From assembly GCF_000150275.1 (NCBI RefSeq), contig NW_002060950.1:1166106-1230105 (forward strand): DNA of 64,000 nucleotides. The letters run 5' to 3'. Shown here piece by piece: positions 40,020-53,200 of the stretch (within the stretch, counting starts at the first letter, position 1; each line of letters starts with the position of its first letter). Origin of the DNA: Trichoplax adhaerens (Eukaryota > Animalia > Placozoa). The notes beneath the pieces are model-generated. The model was not told the DNA's origin and did not search any database. It saw nothing but the letters and a program-made list of their open reading frames with translations. Made by a program: the position numbers and the translations under genes.

Positions 40020-43000
40020 TTAAAATGTCTCTTCTTGCTTATTTTCTGGTTCGGGTTCAACAGTCACTTCTTTGCTATTTGCCTCCAACTCTTTGATTTC
40101 CGCGATTGCAGTAGCTTCAAGTTCCTAGTTAAAATTTACAACCGAATATTAATAAAGAGAAATAAAATGAATTATTAAGCGAAAACAATACATCTTATAT
40201 TGTATTGCGTTATGATAGCATCGTACCTCCTTTGCATTTCGTATCTGCTCATTCATTCCATGTACATCACTTGCATACTCTGATTCAAATAGCTTAACTC
40301 GAGATAGATTATTTTCCTCCGCCAATTTCAATCTTTCCATCTAAAAGTCAAAAAATATTCAATAATTCGTGAGGGCAATTTATTTAAAAAATTGAGCGTA
40401 CAGTAACTGGCTGTAGCGCAATATAACTATAATTATAAATTACTGATAAATGGAAAACAATTTCAATGAAGCATCAACGTACGCTAATTTCGTTCAATTC
40501 GTTTAAGGCTTCTTGATTCGCTGTTGCCATAGCATCAATCTCATTTTTATGCCTGTCTTCCATTATAACTGACTCTGATTGCTGTTTTTTCCTCTCATTT
40601 TCTATAAGCTGAAAATAAGATCGTGATATAGATGCATCAATTTAAATTCAAACTGTAATACGTTACTTCAACATTGCATACGTCGTTAAGCTTTTCCTTA
40701 AATTCAATGGTGTTAGCTTTGTAGGGGCGTAACTGTTTTTTAAACTGAATGGTAGCATTCTTTAGTTCGTTTCTTTGTAATTTTGGTAGCTTCTTACGTT
40801 CCATCTTATGTTTTCGCAGCAGTTCTTCTTGTCTAAATTGGCAAAGCCGTTTATGTTGATCTAATTCCTTTACAAGAAAGTTTAGGTAATTAGCTTGTAA
40901 AAGTCTATTCGATTACTTGGAGCACTTCCGCATGCCAAGTATTTGTATTATAAGCTGTATCAAGTTACCATAACACGCTTCTCTTCAAGGTGGGTTTTCA
41001 CCATTACTAGATAGTCATTTAGATATTGCTTCTCATGATTGGCAATATCTTCGATTAATTTTTCTTCTATAGACCATTTCATATTATGTAATTCTAGGAA
41101 TAAAAGATAGGGACATTACATTAATAAATAATCGATAGCTACAGTACCTACTTACTAATCTACATTGAAAAATTTCAATCAAGTTAAGAAACCTTTTACG
41201 GCTGCATGCTTCATTTTTAAAAATCCTAACTCTGAATTATAACTTGTTCTTCGGTGCTTTTGCTCCAATGTTTTAACCGCAGCGTTAAATTCAGTATGCA
41301 ATTTTTTCTCGTATTCCACCTCCTATACGATTCCATACAAATAATGGAATTATATAAAATAAAAAAATTGCATGTTAGTTCATTTAGTATAATATTTATG
41401 AATCAAACCATAAATTACATACCAATTGTTGCTTGTCAGTTTCTAGTGTTTGCTTCCACTGTTTTTTCATTTCCTTGGTATACTTCGGATTACTTTTTTT
41501 AAACTATCAGGATATATGTGTGTTAAGCAGGAAATTTTGTGTTGCTAGAAAGCATAGATCAATAATGATAAAAGGTTGCCCTCACTAGTTATATATATAT
41601 AATGCATACATCTTTTAACTTGGCCTGCGATGTCAATTTGCAAGTTTCTTTGTAGTTTTTAAAATCTCTATCCTGTGTATAAAAAATCATAATTTACCTA
41701 TAATAGTAACAAGCAGGCCATTCCTAAATTATTCCTGTACCTCTAACAAATTAGTACCTGATCATTTTGTAGTTTTTTGCGATAGATTTTAGTCTCTATA
41801 AGTTGATGAGAATTAAGCTTCTCAAGTTCTTTTCTTTGTTTTTTAAGTAATTGATCTATGTCATAATCTAGCTTTTTCTTCCACATCTACGTTCGCAAGT
41901 AAAATTAACATCATTCAGAACAGTTTTAAAGATCTAAAAACGCTTACTCCCATAATATATGTGTAAACTCGTAATTATCTTTGCCTGTAATTCAACGATC
42001 TTTTTCTTATTCAAATGGTCTATTTGAAGTCCAGTCTTTTCTAGTAAGCTAGTTAATTGCTTTTGCTGCAGCTGTTGTAGCGCTCTCATCTCTCTCACGC
42101 TGGCCGTCCTATGTGGTATGTGAATGTTGTCTAAGTAGCTAGTATCGATAACAATGCGATCCAGATTGATGACAATAACTAGTACCTTAAGTCTCGTAAT
42201 CTTTTCTTTACAGTTTCCGCGTAGGATTGGCTAATAATTTTTTTAGTAAAGTTATTTTCAGGAATTTTCACAGCTTTATCAGTTCTTACTCTTGTAAGGG
42301 TAAGATACTGATGACTCATTTTAGTGGACTATTTCAATAATTGTCATTAAGGAGAAAGATATACGCGTATATTAATGCAAGTACTTAATAGAATAGCTTT
42401 TCTCTTGATAAAGGAAAGTCATCGTAATTGATATATACCATAATATCTGGATCAGGAGCCCGAGTTACATTACCCTCAGACATTGCACGCGAGAATATGA
42501 AAGAACTTCCACTAGGTCTCCGTTCTTGCGCTGTACTATTGTTTGATGCTAAAACTTTAGAATAAGAATAATAGTTCATAATGTCACTTTGCAATCATCA
42601 ATAATTATTGCATGAAAATAGTTACGAAAGTTGCCTTTATTATTTTCTATTTACCGTGCAAAGAAATACTGCCGGGGAGAAGACTTTCATTTGGTTTAAA
42701 TGAACAGATTACGTTACTATACTGCCCGTCGTGAGATCCTAATAAAGATAGACATATTTTGTTCAGGTGTACGAACGATATTTTATCGCTACTTTTCTAT
42801 CTTAATATCAATAATCTGTTTACATTTTAATCTATACTATTTTACATCGACGCAAGAGACAGAGCAATAGTAAGATTACAGCGGTGTAACCTTCAGCTTA
42901 TACTACGAATAAATCGTAATTCATGAAATTGTATTAAATAACATCCACATCATAACTATCATCCTATTTTCACCTTTTGAATTTTCAGATGGCGTTTTAC

Positions 43001-46000
43001 TATCGTTACTATCTTGGCTGATGGAATCACCTGTAGAAGAGATGGTGCCATTCATTAAATCAGTACATTCTAAACTTATAGCAGTAGATTCTAAATAGCA
43101 GATATCGATATTATCAGACTAAGATCATTATCACTCGTAATACCATTTAATTGTTTGTTAACGCCTGAGACATCAGTGATTACACCATTAGTATTTTCTA
43201 TTGTTTGTTCTAGATTTTTGGCGTTTGGATCAGGTTTGGCATTGTCATGCTCAGCTTCAGAAATATGCATCGTATTGGTTTTATCCGTCATAGATTTAAC
43301 ATCGGCGGCATCTTTCACTTGGTTAGTTATATCAACGTAATCAACAGTATCAACTTCTGACATGGATCTGTTTTCGTCGAATTCATTATCAGTAAAACTT
43401 GATAGAGAAGTACTATCCGAATATTGCCCATCAATCGTAAGCCTAGATGGTTCAGGTGAATTTTCTGCAACTAAGTGACCATTTTCGGAAATTTCCTTCA
43501 ATAAAGTAATAAAAAAAGGATTCATTATTCTGCCTGCATAAGCATGAGGCCTGTCCGAAAGGCTAAAAGTATTGTACAACTTATTCAATCAAATACCGGT
43601 AAAGTTGAAATTTCAATGTTTTTCGCTCCTTTAGATAGTTGATATAATCTTTTCAATGGATTAATATCGTCAGTTCCATCAAGGAATGGATGCTACACTC
43701 GTAAAAGGTGAATCCGTCCAGAAATAATTAATACCAGGAAGTAAAGACGTGTTATAACTTTAATAGTGCTAAAGTTTTTTCTTGGTTTATCAGGTTTTAA
43801 CTCATCGCTGAATACGATATTGATACTATATTGTTTACTACAATAAATATATGCAAATTGGCATATTTCAGATGAATACTATTCTGAGATCGAACGTTAA
43901 GTACAGTATAGCATAACTGAGTGTACAAATTTCGTTAAATACTTACTTTTAGGAGTTGCTCTACGGTAGAGCGTCCAGAAGGATCCTTAACCAGGCATTT
44001 GCGCAGAAAATCATGAAAACTATCTGACCTATGTTAAATAAATTATGAAATGTAGACCAAAACGATTTAAGTTATGACTTTAATTAATTCCATTTGTCTA
44101 TGTTAGCAATTGTTACCATTTTGTATTAGAAGCAAGGATTGGAGGTTCTGCACGAACAATTTTAAATAATACACGAGTTGGTTGCATCTCTGCGTACGGC
44201 GGTTGCGATTCTGCTAGTTCAATTAAAGTTATACCTAACGACCATATATCCGCCTGTACAGTAAGTACATCAAAAGATAGAATCAGTGGATAATAAATCA
44301 TACGTGTATATCTGCTTTCAACGATTGAAATAGCCTACGATATCAGATAAAATTTTGAAAACCAATAATACATGGTGTATATGCTACGAATATACAAGTA
44401 TTCGTTGTACAAGACGTGTGTATATCAATGTTAACATTAATCTCCATAGCTCGCTTAAATCACCTGGGTATTATAGAGCGATTGTTTATCAGTCTCACAT
44501 GATATGACCTCCGGAGCCATCCTAAAAATTAGGCACATCGTTGCAAATAAAAATGCAATTTGCTGTTGAGAAATACCTCAATATTCTATATTAATAATGT
44601 CAAGCGTAAATTAATGTGTCTAGTACATTTGCAAAATCATGCTGATTAGACTTCATTAGTAATAACTTCATTAAATAAAGTGTAGTTATTGTTAATCTAT
44701 TTACCAGTATGGGGTACCAATATGTGTATTTCTTTTCTCTTGTGAACTCTTACAATATGCAGATACACCAAAATCGGCTAATGTTTTTAAAGTTCAATAA
44801 AGCACATTGTCAAAAACTAGTACATGATATCAGCCGGCTAATATTTTGTTATCTATTCAATGTGTGAGTCTTACCTAGTTTAACGATGCCACCTTCGGTT
44901 AGCAATATATTACCTGCCTTTAAGTCTCGATGAATAACGTGCTTAGCATGCAGTGATTGTAATACCTAGTATGCAAAAAACGTTAGCTTATAAACAAAAT
45001 CAGTCGAATTTAGATATGAAATATTAATATGTACCAGTACATGGTAATACTTTACTTTAAACATCAATCAATCAATCAATAAATATATTATCAACGTGTT
45101 AATGAACTACTGAGTCTAAAGTAGGCAATAACTTTCTACAGTATGTAGGATTAAGCAAATTGGTAAAATAGACTCGTATATCAGTCATCTTTTAGCGATA
45201 CTAATATTATCATTAGGTTATAGGCCTAACACGTTGTTGGAGCAAGATAGTCATTTTGACCTTACCTCTAATGTTTGCCTGCAAATCACTTTAATTTCAC
45301 TTTCACTTAAACTTCGATCAAGGTCTAATGTTGGAATAATAACATAATTTTATTGTGGCATTGACAATCATAAATTAGCAAAAAATTTTATAAATATTTG
45401 TATTAAATACGCGTATAAAAAACCTAAAGTAGCGTTAGAAAGAACGTTCATTTTATTCGCTTTACCCATTATGATGTTATCAATAGCTCCACCGGAACAA
45501 AATTCGATCATCATACATATATTATTGTCGTAGTAATAGGTTTCATAAAGGCCGACAAGATAGTCATGCTTGCATTCGCTTAAGATGTCAACTTCCACGG
45601 TAAGATCTTCAAAATCTTCATCACTCTCGATACTGATACTCTTAGCTGCAGCAATCGTTCCACTCACTTTATGACGAACCTACCCATTGGAAAGTGCAAA
45701 AAAAAATGACCTTAATGGATAACGGCGAATATGAAGTCTCAAACTTGTTCATTACCAATTTTACTGTTCGCTATTCGTGTATTAATAAACTCATCCTTCT
45801 ACAGCCTTAACGGGCAATTATATTTTTAATTAAATTTACAAAAATTGTAATTTTATTAAGAGTTGTATTATACTGTAGATTACTGGATCAAGACGATAGC
45901 ACTATTAGCTTTTCGGCATTCTCTTGATTATAATAATAAATGATCATCATTGATCGTTCCATGGAAAATAAAGTATTGCTATCGTGGCCAGTGTTTAACC

Positions 46001-48648
46001 ATTTTTACTGATCATTTTATGCATGACATGATATCCAAACACAATATGCAGTGATGTAAGCAATATACGCTATAGTGAATATAAAAAAATAATTTGCCAA
46101 CAATTATTGACATTCTACAGACTACCATTACAATACAACTGTTGTCTTTTAACTTTGCCTATTATAGAATTATTTTGATGAATCTATAAAAAAACTTGTT
46201 TATGATTAACCTACCAACGGCATTTCTGCCTTATGTTAATCAACATCAATGTCTCTTTATTGGCTGAGAATATTGCATTCTTTCCAATTGCAGATTACAG
46301 TACATGTATGAATTGGTTAATGAGTACTGTATTAGCAATTTGAATCAACTTGTAGGCGTTATTCTCATAATTTTGCCTCTACTTTAATTATCTGTACCGA
46401 CGACAAAGTGATACTGATCACGTCAATATGACATATTATTATTTTCTGCCTTACTCTTCCATCGATATATTAACTGTAGCCAAAGAATAATATTGATCAC
46501 AGTCATGTCAACTTAGTAAAACCAAGAAGTAAAAACCATTGTGCTTGTCATAACTGTTTAACTAACGGGTTAGAATTGTAAAGCAAGTCTAGTCGAGGTC
46601 CACTAAATTCTGATGGATATTATTCTCAGGAAGTTACTTTCGGCAAAAGTATTTTGCAGCAGAACAACTTTATCCTTCTCTACTATGCTTACTGCTGTAC
46701 TTTCCTAATTAATTATCTCTGTCTCTATCTGGATAGCCCTATAATTAATCAAAAGCTTCAATTGGATAGCCTTATAATTAATCAAAAAGCTTCAATTAAA
46801 TTCTATCTATTACAGTAAGCACGGTATGATCCAAAAGTAAAGTACTTGCTATCCGAGATAATTAAAGTTTAAGTTAACGTTATGCGGGAGGGTATTTTCA
46901 CTTTTAGTTGTACAATCATCGTCATTTTCAACTCGACGCAACGCTGTCTAAGTGAATTGTTCAGGCGAATTATGAAATGGGAATTGATCTTGACTCCGAT
47001 CAGAGTAAAAGTCTTTTTCATGTTTGCGTACGATGACAGTTTAAAGCTAAGCAACGTTGATTACGTTGTCATTATTCATAGATTAATATCTTATTTCAAT
47101 AGTGTCGGTCGTAAAATATCCAGCGAATTTTGTCATCCTTATCAGCCAAGAATGGTACCAAAAGGGGGAAAAAAAATTGAATTTAAGCTAAAACAACTAT
47201 CAAAGGCCCTCTATGCATCAGATGACAATTACTTTTATGGGCTATTGCACACATTCCATGATGGGATAGTAAACGATCATCTGCCATGTCATATTCTAAT
47301 CATGTAGCTATTTTTGGGATATTTTTTAAATCTTTTCCATTCATTGTCAACTAGCGATTTATTGCCAGTTATTATTTTACCTAATATTATTGTTATTTAT
47401 ATGATTATTTATTGCACTGCATCATGGCAAAGATACACGTAGTTGTTCACAGAGATCAGAGATAGCGATGAATTTGGATTTCTAATGGCAGGATATACTG
47501 TGCCCTTGAATAGAAGGGAATGATCAAGTGAAAAGATACTGTACTACTGTCGATGTCATTAGGTCAAGATCGACATCGATCGTTGCCTACTAGCCATAAT
47601 TGTTGATGGAAAATAAAAAGTTGAAAATTTCCTTGATAAGTGTACTGAACCAGGATCAATTCGATTAAACTATTCAAGCTGATGCGAGTAGTTCTTCTTC
47701 CCTGTTAGCGCAGCAAGATGAAACTTTTCAAATGAATCTTATTGGAAAAAAAACATTTTGGACTGTAGTCCATGATGCAAAAAGAAGGGAATTTGTAAAA
47801 TAAGGTATAAGCGTAGGCTTGATCATTCGCATGAACCGAGGGCATTACGATGGATTTTTTTTCGATCAGAATGATCGATTCTATCGTAGTTATGTGCTAG
47901 CAATCTTGATTGGCATACAATATGACTCAACGCTTGGCCATAATGAGTTGTGCAATAACGAGGGATGGAACATTTGGGTAGTTTTTGCTTATTCCAAGTG
48001 GAATCCAAGAGTTGGACAACACTTGCAACGCAAGTGTATATTTCTTTCTCTTGTATCGACTCAATCCGTTCATGTCTAGCACCATGTACCCTCTAGTCTT
48101 AGCTGATGATCGATCCCATCGTAGTTATGTACTAGCAATCTTGATTGGCATACAACATGACTCAACGCTTGGCCATAATGAGTTGTACAATAATGAGGGA
48201 TGGAACATTTGGGTAGTTTTTGCCTATTCCAAGTGGAATCCAAGAGTTAGAGAACACTTGCAACGCANATGTATATTTCCCCTCTGTCGAATCAATCAGT
48301 TCATGTCTAGTATCATGTACCCTCTAGTCTTAGCTGATCGTGATCATTTTCTATCCCATCCAAACTTATTGATACAAACAACGATAAAGCCTTGTCATGC
48401 CACGATAGTAAGCTTTTCAGTGAATTCATTTGATCATCATAACATACAATCTACCCATCATCAATTCCTGCCTAGAAAAATCTCCACCTTACCTTGTAGA
48501 CTTTGCCGAATGCGCCATCGCCCAATTCGCCAAGTTTTTCCCATTCGGAATACGGGTCAACATGATAGCGAATATAAGGATTCTTCGCTTTCTTCTTAAC
48601 GGGAGCTTTTAACGTGTTAAAGGATAACAATTTGGCTAGTAGGGGCAT
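40020..48648 (-). CDS. SLK: STE20-like serine/threonine kinase SLK/STK10 (LOK), multi-exon
   Basis: Exon 1 48648-48493 ([17 protein letters not shown]), exon 2 45679-45466 ([25 protein letters not shown]). Later exons give [28 protein letters not shown] and [15 protein letters not shown], then an acidic/Ser-rich linker and C-terminal coiled-coil exons. The last exon ends ...KQEETF* at 40020. Co-ortholog of SLK and STK10. Confidence 0.93.
46730..46797. repeat. Short tandem duplication (~33 bp x2) in SLK intron 1
   Basis: tggatagcc.tataattaatcaaaagcttcaat occurs twice back to back. Confidence 0.85.
47870..48340. repeat. Tandem duplication, 235 bp x2, in SLK intron 1
   Basis: gatcgat...atcgtagttatgt.ctagcaatcttgattggcataca...ctctagtcttagctgat at 47873 and 48108. 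Confidence 0.95.
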
Positions 48649-48885
48649 GTTGATGTAGGTAATCAAGGAATTTCGCTAATGATTATCCACACTTTCTTGA
48701 GATTTGCCAAGAAGGAGTGGAGGGCATTCCGCCGTAGTTTGCGGCAAGTCTAGTCGAAGTTTCCAGCTGGGAGTTTCCTCGCCCGCGTTGATGTCATCTT
48801 GAAGGTGTATTCTGCGCATGCTCTATAGGCATGTTCTCTTGCTACAGTGCCAGCCTCATTTGGCTGGGTGGTGATCAGCGTCGGT

Positions 48886-49030
48886 AGTACAGTATAGGGT
48901 ACCGTACAGACCTAGGATATAGTTGAAATGACTGGCAAAAATAGTTGACCAATTGGAACGTACACTGCCCAACGTCCATGATACAGTACTCAGTACTGTA
49001 CAGTACAGTGTACAGTGCACAGTACTGCTT
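48886..49030. promoter_or_regulatory. TACAG/CTGTA-rich array upstream of SLK
   Basis: tacagtactcagtactgtacagtacagtgtacagtgcacagtactg, 240-380 bp upstream of the SLK ATG. The regulatory role is inferred from position only. Confidence 0.4.
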
Positions 49031-49067
49031 CGGTTTAAAGGTGAATTCACTGTAATCAAACCCAACG

Positions 49068-49430
49068 TACTGAACTAAACTGAACTAAACTAGACTAAAC
49101 TAAACTAAACTAAACTAAACTAAACTAAACTAAACTAAACTAGACTAAACTAAACTAAACTAGACTAAACTAAACTGAACTAAACGAAACCAATCTAAAT
49201 TAAACTAAACTAAACTGAATTAACGAAACCAATATAAATTAAACTGAACTAGACGAAACTAAACTGAACTAAACGAAACCAATCTAAATTAAACTAAACT
49301 AAACTGAATTAAACGAAACCAATATAAATTAAACTGAACTAGACGAAACTAAACTGAACTAAACGAAACCAATCTAAATTAAACTAAACTGCACTAAACT
49401 GAACTAAACGAAACTAAACTAATCTAAACT
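49068..49430. repeat. (AAACT)n microsatellite with ~90 bp higher-order repeat
   Basis: taaac/tgaac/tagac pentamers; the block aaacgaaaccaatctaaattaaact...aaaccaatataaattaaactgaactagacg repeats at ~90 bp spacing. Confidence 0.95.
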
Positions 49431-50297
49431 GTATTCTGCTGGGCAGTTTGCAAAATGACCGACTTCGCATACGGTTACGTTCATATATATATGCAAAGAC
49501 CGGCCGGTCTTTTTAGCACGGAACTAGAAAAGAACTGAAAAGCTGCAGCTAACTGTGTGCAAAGTCTCAGACTTGACCAATTGACATTGCACGTAACTAC
49601 AGTATGCCTGATAGGAAAGTTTCTGCTTCAGTTTCAGTCAAAAATTAAATCCTGTACATAACGGATTTATCCTCATCCGTTGATAACCATAAGCAATCAT
49701 GCCCCTGCAGAAATGAAAGCAAAACAATAGAGTCGTCCTCTACAACAAAACTATAAAGTTTCCCATTGAAAACGTAGAGGTTCTAGTTTCATTAGCACTC
49801 TTCTCTACTGGTTGCAGATAAATTTTTATAGTAGTCCGTGATGTTCAGCTTTATTTCCCATTGCCAAATATAAATACGCGCTATTCATTAATTTCAACAT
49901 AGAATTCATCAAAGATTGTACATTTTGCATAAGTTATCTTTTACCAATAAATCAAATTGCATATCGATTAATTGTAGCGCTCTCAGACTCTGGTAAATGA
50001 AGGAGCTACATTTCTAAGCAAAGATATCAAGACTTCATAAGGTACAAACAAAATTGCATATGACATTAACATGGCCTAATCATTAATTTTAACGTACATG
50101 TCATACTATAAAATTTTCTATAAATCCATTATATGCCACACTTGCTATGACAACAAGTATTCCAATCACAGCTATTTACCAAAACTAATATACAGAGATT
50201 GAAGAAATCGCAGTGCCGTTTACAGTCGAAATAATAAATTGTACATATAAAACAAATGATTGATATATTCCGATAGATGCACAAATGCTAATCCCTT

Positions 50298-53200
50298 CTA
50301 TTTGTCGTTATTTTCATCTGATAGTTGCGGTTGGCTTAATATTTCCTTCGCTGATTCACATAAAAGTCGTAGGAACTGTTGCAATTCATCAGGGCGAAAT
50401 GTCTGCAATGATGTCAAGAAATTCTTTAGCTTATTGTAATGAATATGATTTTCACTTACTATAAAGAGTAAACCAATTCTTTATACCTCGTATAATTTAT
50501 ATTGTTCAGATGCTATGACAACCGCCAATCGTAGGCTCTATAAATTATACGATAATCATATTAATACTAACAAGTGGATAATAAAAACATGAATGGTAAA
50601 ACACTGTTGCATTATAAACACCATAATAACTCAAATAACGTTCGTATCTATACTGGGTTCGATACATACTTGATCATACTGTTGAGTAGCTTGTAGTACC
50701 GTTTGTAACAAAAAACAGATCAAAGGTAAGCAAAGCTGGCGTAAAACTTCCAATTGATGTTTTCTAGATTCATCTACGACAGCATCCTATAGTATATATC
50801 ATAGACACAATGTATTAACAAGAAGAAATAAAGGAATTAGAGTCTCACTAAAGCTAGACTATCCGCAGGGTACGTACTGTTCGAGCATCAACCATCCAGC
50901 CGCCATCGACGAAGAGAAGCACATTGTATAATTTTTCAATGGCATCCTATATAATCGGTCGTAAACTACATATTTACCCACTAATACTAATATTGTACCA
51001 ATAAACATAAAGTCCAATACCTTGGAATATATTTCAATATTCCTTTCCCAACGTTCCAATTCCAACTAGAATCACAAACAGTGTAATACAAAAAAATGGG
51101 ATCTTATCTTTCATTTAGCTATATGATTTTACAAAGATTAGATAATACAAACCCGATATGCTTTTGTCTTTTCTTCATAAGCAATTTTAGCGATGCTTTG
51201 CTGTCTACTAATTTGAGTAACATGAGGTTCCTCCTGCATTACAATGAACATGAAAAAATCTTTCAAAATAAGATGCTAATATCTGATGAATCGATCCACT
51301 AATTTATACCGGTTTTCCGTGATAATACTGTTGAAACCATTCGGTGAAAGCTTCATGAGCATCCTTAAAATTAAAAAAATTCGAATCAACAAATGCCAGT
51401 TTCTACCTGATGGGCGTGCTATGAAGGTTAGCTACAATATTCAGAATAGGTTCTAGAATCTATACCAAATATGCTTGAATGCATAAAAATTCACGGATAG
51501 CATTATCGTCATCCGCAGGTAGATTGGATTCACCAGCCTATGCGAATGGATCATACAATTTTCAAGATAGCACCAATAACATTTGCTGACATCAATTAAG
51601 GATTACAAGTTTTAACACAAACCCTCGTCTGCCACTGCTTGTAGACGAGATCTATAGAACCAGAAGGCACTTTTGTGTAAACTTCTCTAGCTGCAGAGTG
51701 TTTTCTACATGCTATAGGTCGTAATAAGAATCTATAACAACTAATTTAACTCCATGACTGACAAATAATTAAATATTTATACCAATAAAGTATCTCATCA
51801 CGGCATTAGCATGTTTAATTGCTTCTATTCGCTGCGAGGGATTGAATATCATCCATTCAATAGCATCAATTTTCTCTCTATCAGTATCTGATATATCGCC
51901 ACTAATAATCTTGGTAATATCAATATTTCTTGACACATCACTCTATATATGAAAAGAAAGTAAATCTATCATAAAGACGGAAGCCAAGGTAAAAGTCAAT
52001 CTTTGATATCAATTAATTTAATTTTACACGTAAGATTAAAAATAAGTAAATAGTAAGTATTACTTACCCGTCTAAATTGATGAACACTAACAACGACAGC
52101 TTTCGTAATGGCATCAGTGTTAAGACCTGACAAAAATTACGGTAAACTCCAAAATGAACACATTCAAATTATACAAATAGTACTTTAAAACATTGCGAAT
52201 TTTCATACCAGCTTGCTCTCCAAGCAGCAAACACCTTTGTCGTTCAGATTTGTCATGGATGCCTAAGAATCAACAACGAATAGACTTCACTCAGACTTTG
52301 TGCACTCGAAATGTCAATACATCCATACAATTTGCTAACCTTCTAAGAATTTGGCGTATACTGCTATTTGTGATTGAGACGGTAACGCAGCAGTATATGT
52401 AGCAACCTTACAATTACAAGAGAATTGTGTTACACGCTTATGCGGCAAGCATAACAGGGATATTTGTATTTGTAATTATTATCAAGTCATACTAGTTCGA
52501 TTTTCCCAGCTTTGATTAGACCCTATATATATATGAACAAAAAGTTCCGCATCATTATTAATTTTAACATACACCACGATCCGCGCATATTGTAAGAATA
52601 TAAATGTCGTAATTATGTATTTACTGATAAGCAGGCTTACCTGAACGTAGAGTTCAATAACATTATCACAAACTTCGTCATTTAAATTTAAGCCGATACC
52701 TCTTAAGAACAAAGCAAGATGGGTCTACAATTGTAGATATAATACATCATCATTACGATTATTTCTATCCATTTCTAGAGAGAAAAACAACGGTTATTTA
52801 ATAAATACAAACAAGAAATCTAAGGACATCGGATGATCTTTCATTTGAACCAATCCAGGATATTGACTTTGCCAGAAAATCTGTTAACAGAATTTAAATA
52901 ACGTTTAGGTTTTTGAAGCTAATCCTTGTTGAAATCTCTTTATCCATCCTTACCATTTACATCATCTAGAATGACATGTTTTTGAGCGGTTTGGTAGTAG
53001 CAACTTGCGTGATGTCGAACGCTCTATAAGAATATTTTTTACAAATTATGTATATTAACATAAGTATTAACAAACAACATAAACATTACAAAAGATGGTA
53101 ATACCTCGTTGGAATTATTATCTAGAGCATCAAATATTTTCTCTGGATTTAAACTACAGTTGATTAAATAAATACATAAATTAATATAATTTAGTACAAA

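Noticed and set aside
46882-48599. ORFs of 141 aa and 204 aa on the plus strand
   Set aside because: They lie in or antisense to SLK intron 1/exon 1; the longer one is generated by the 235 bp duplication; no domain features
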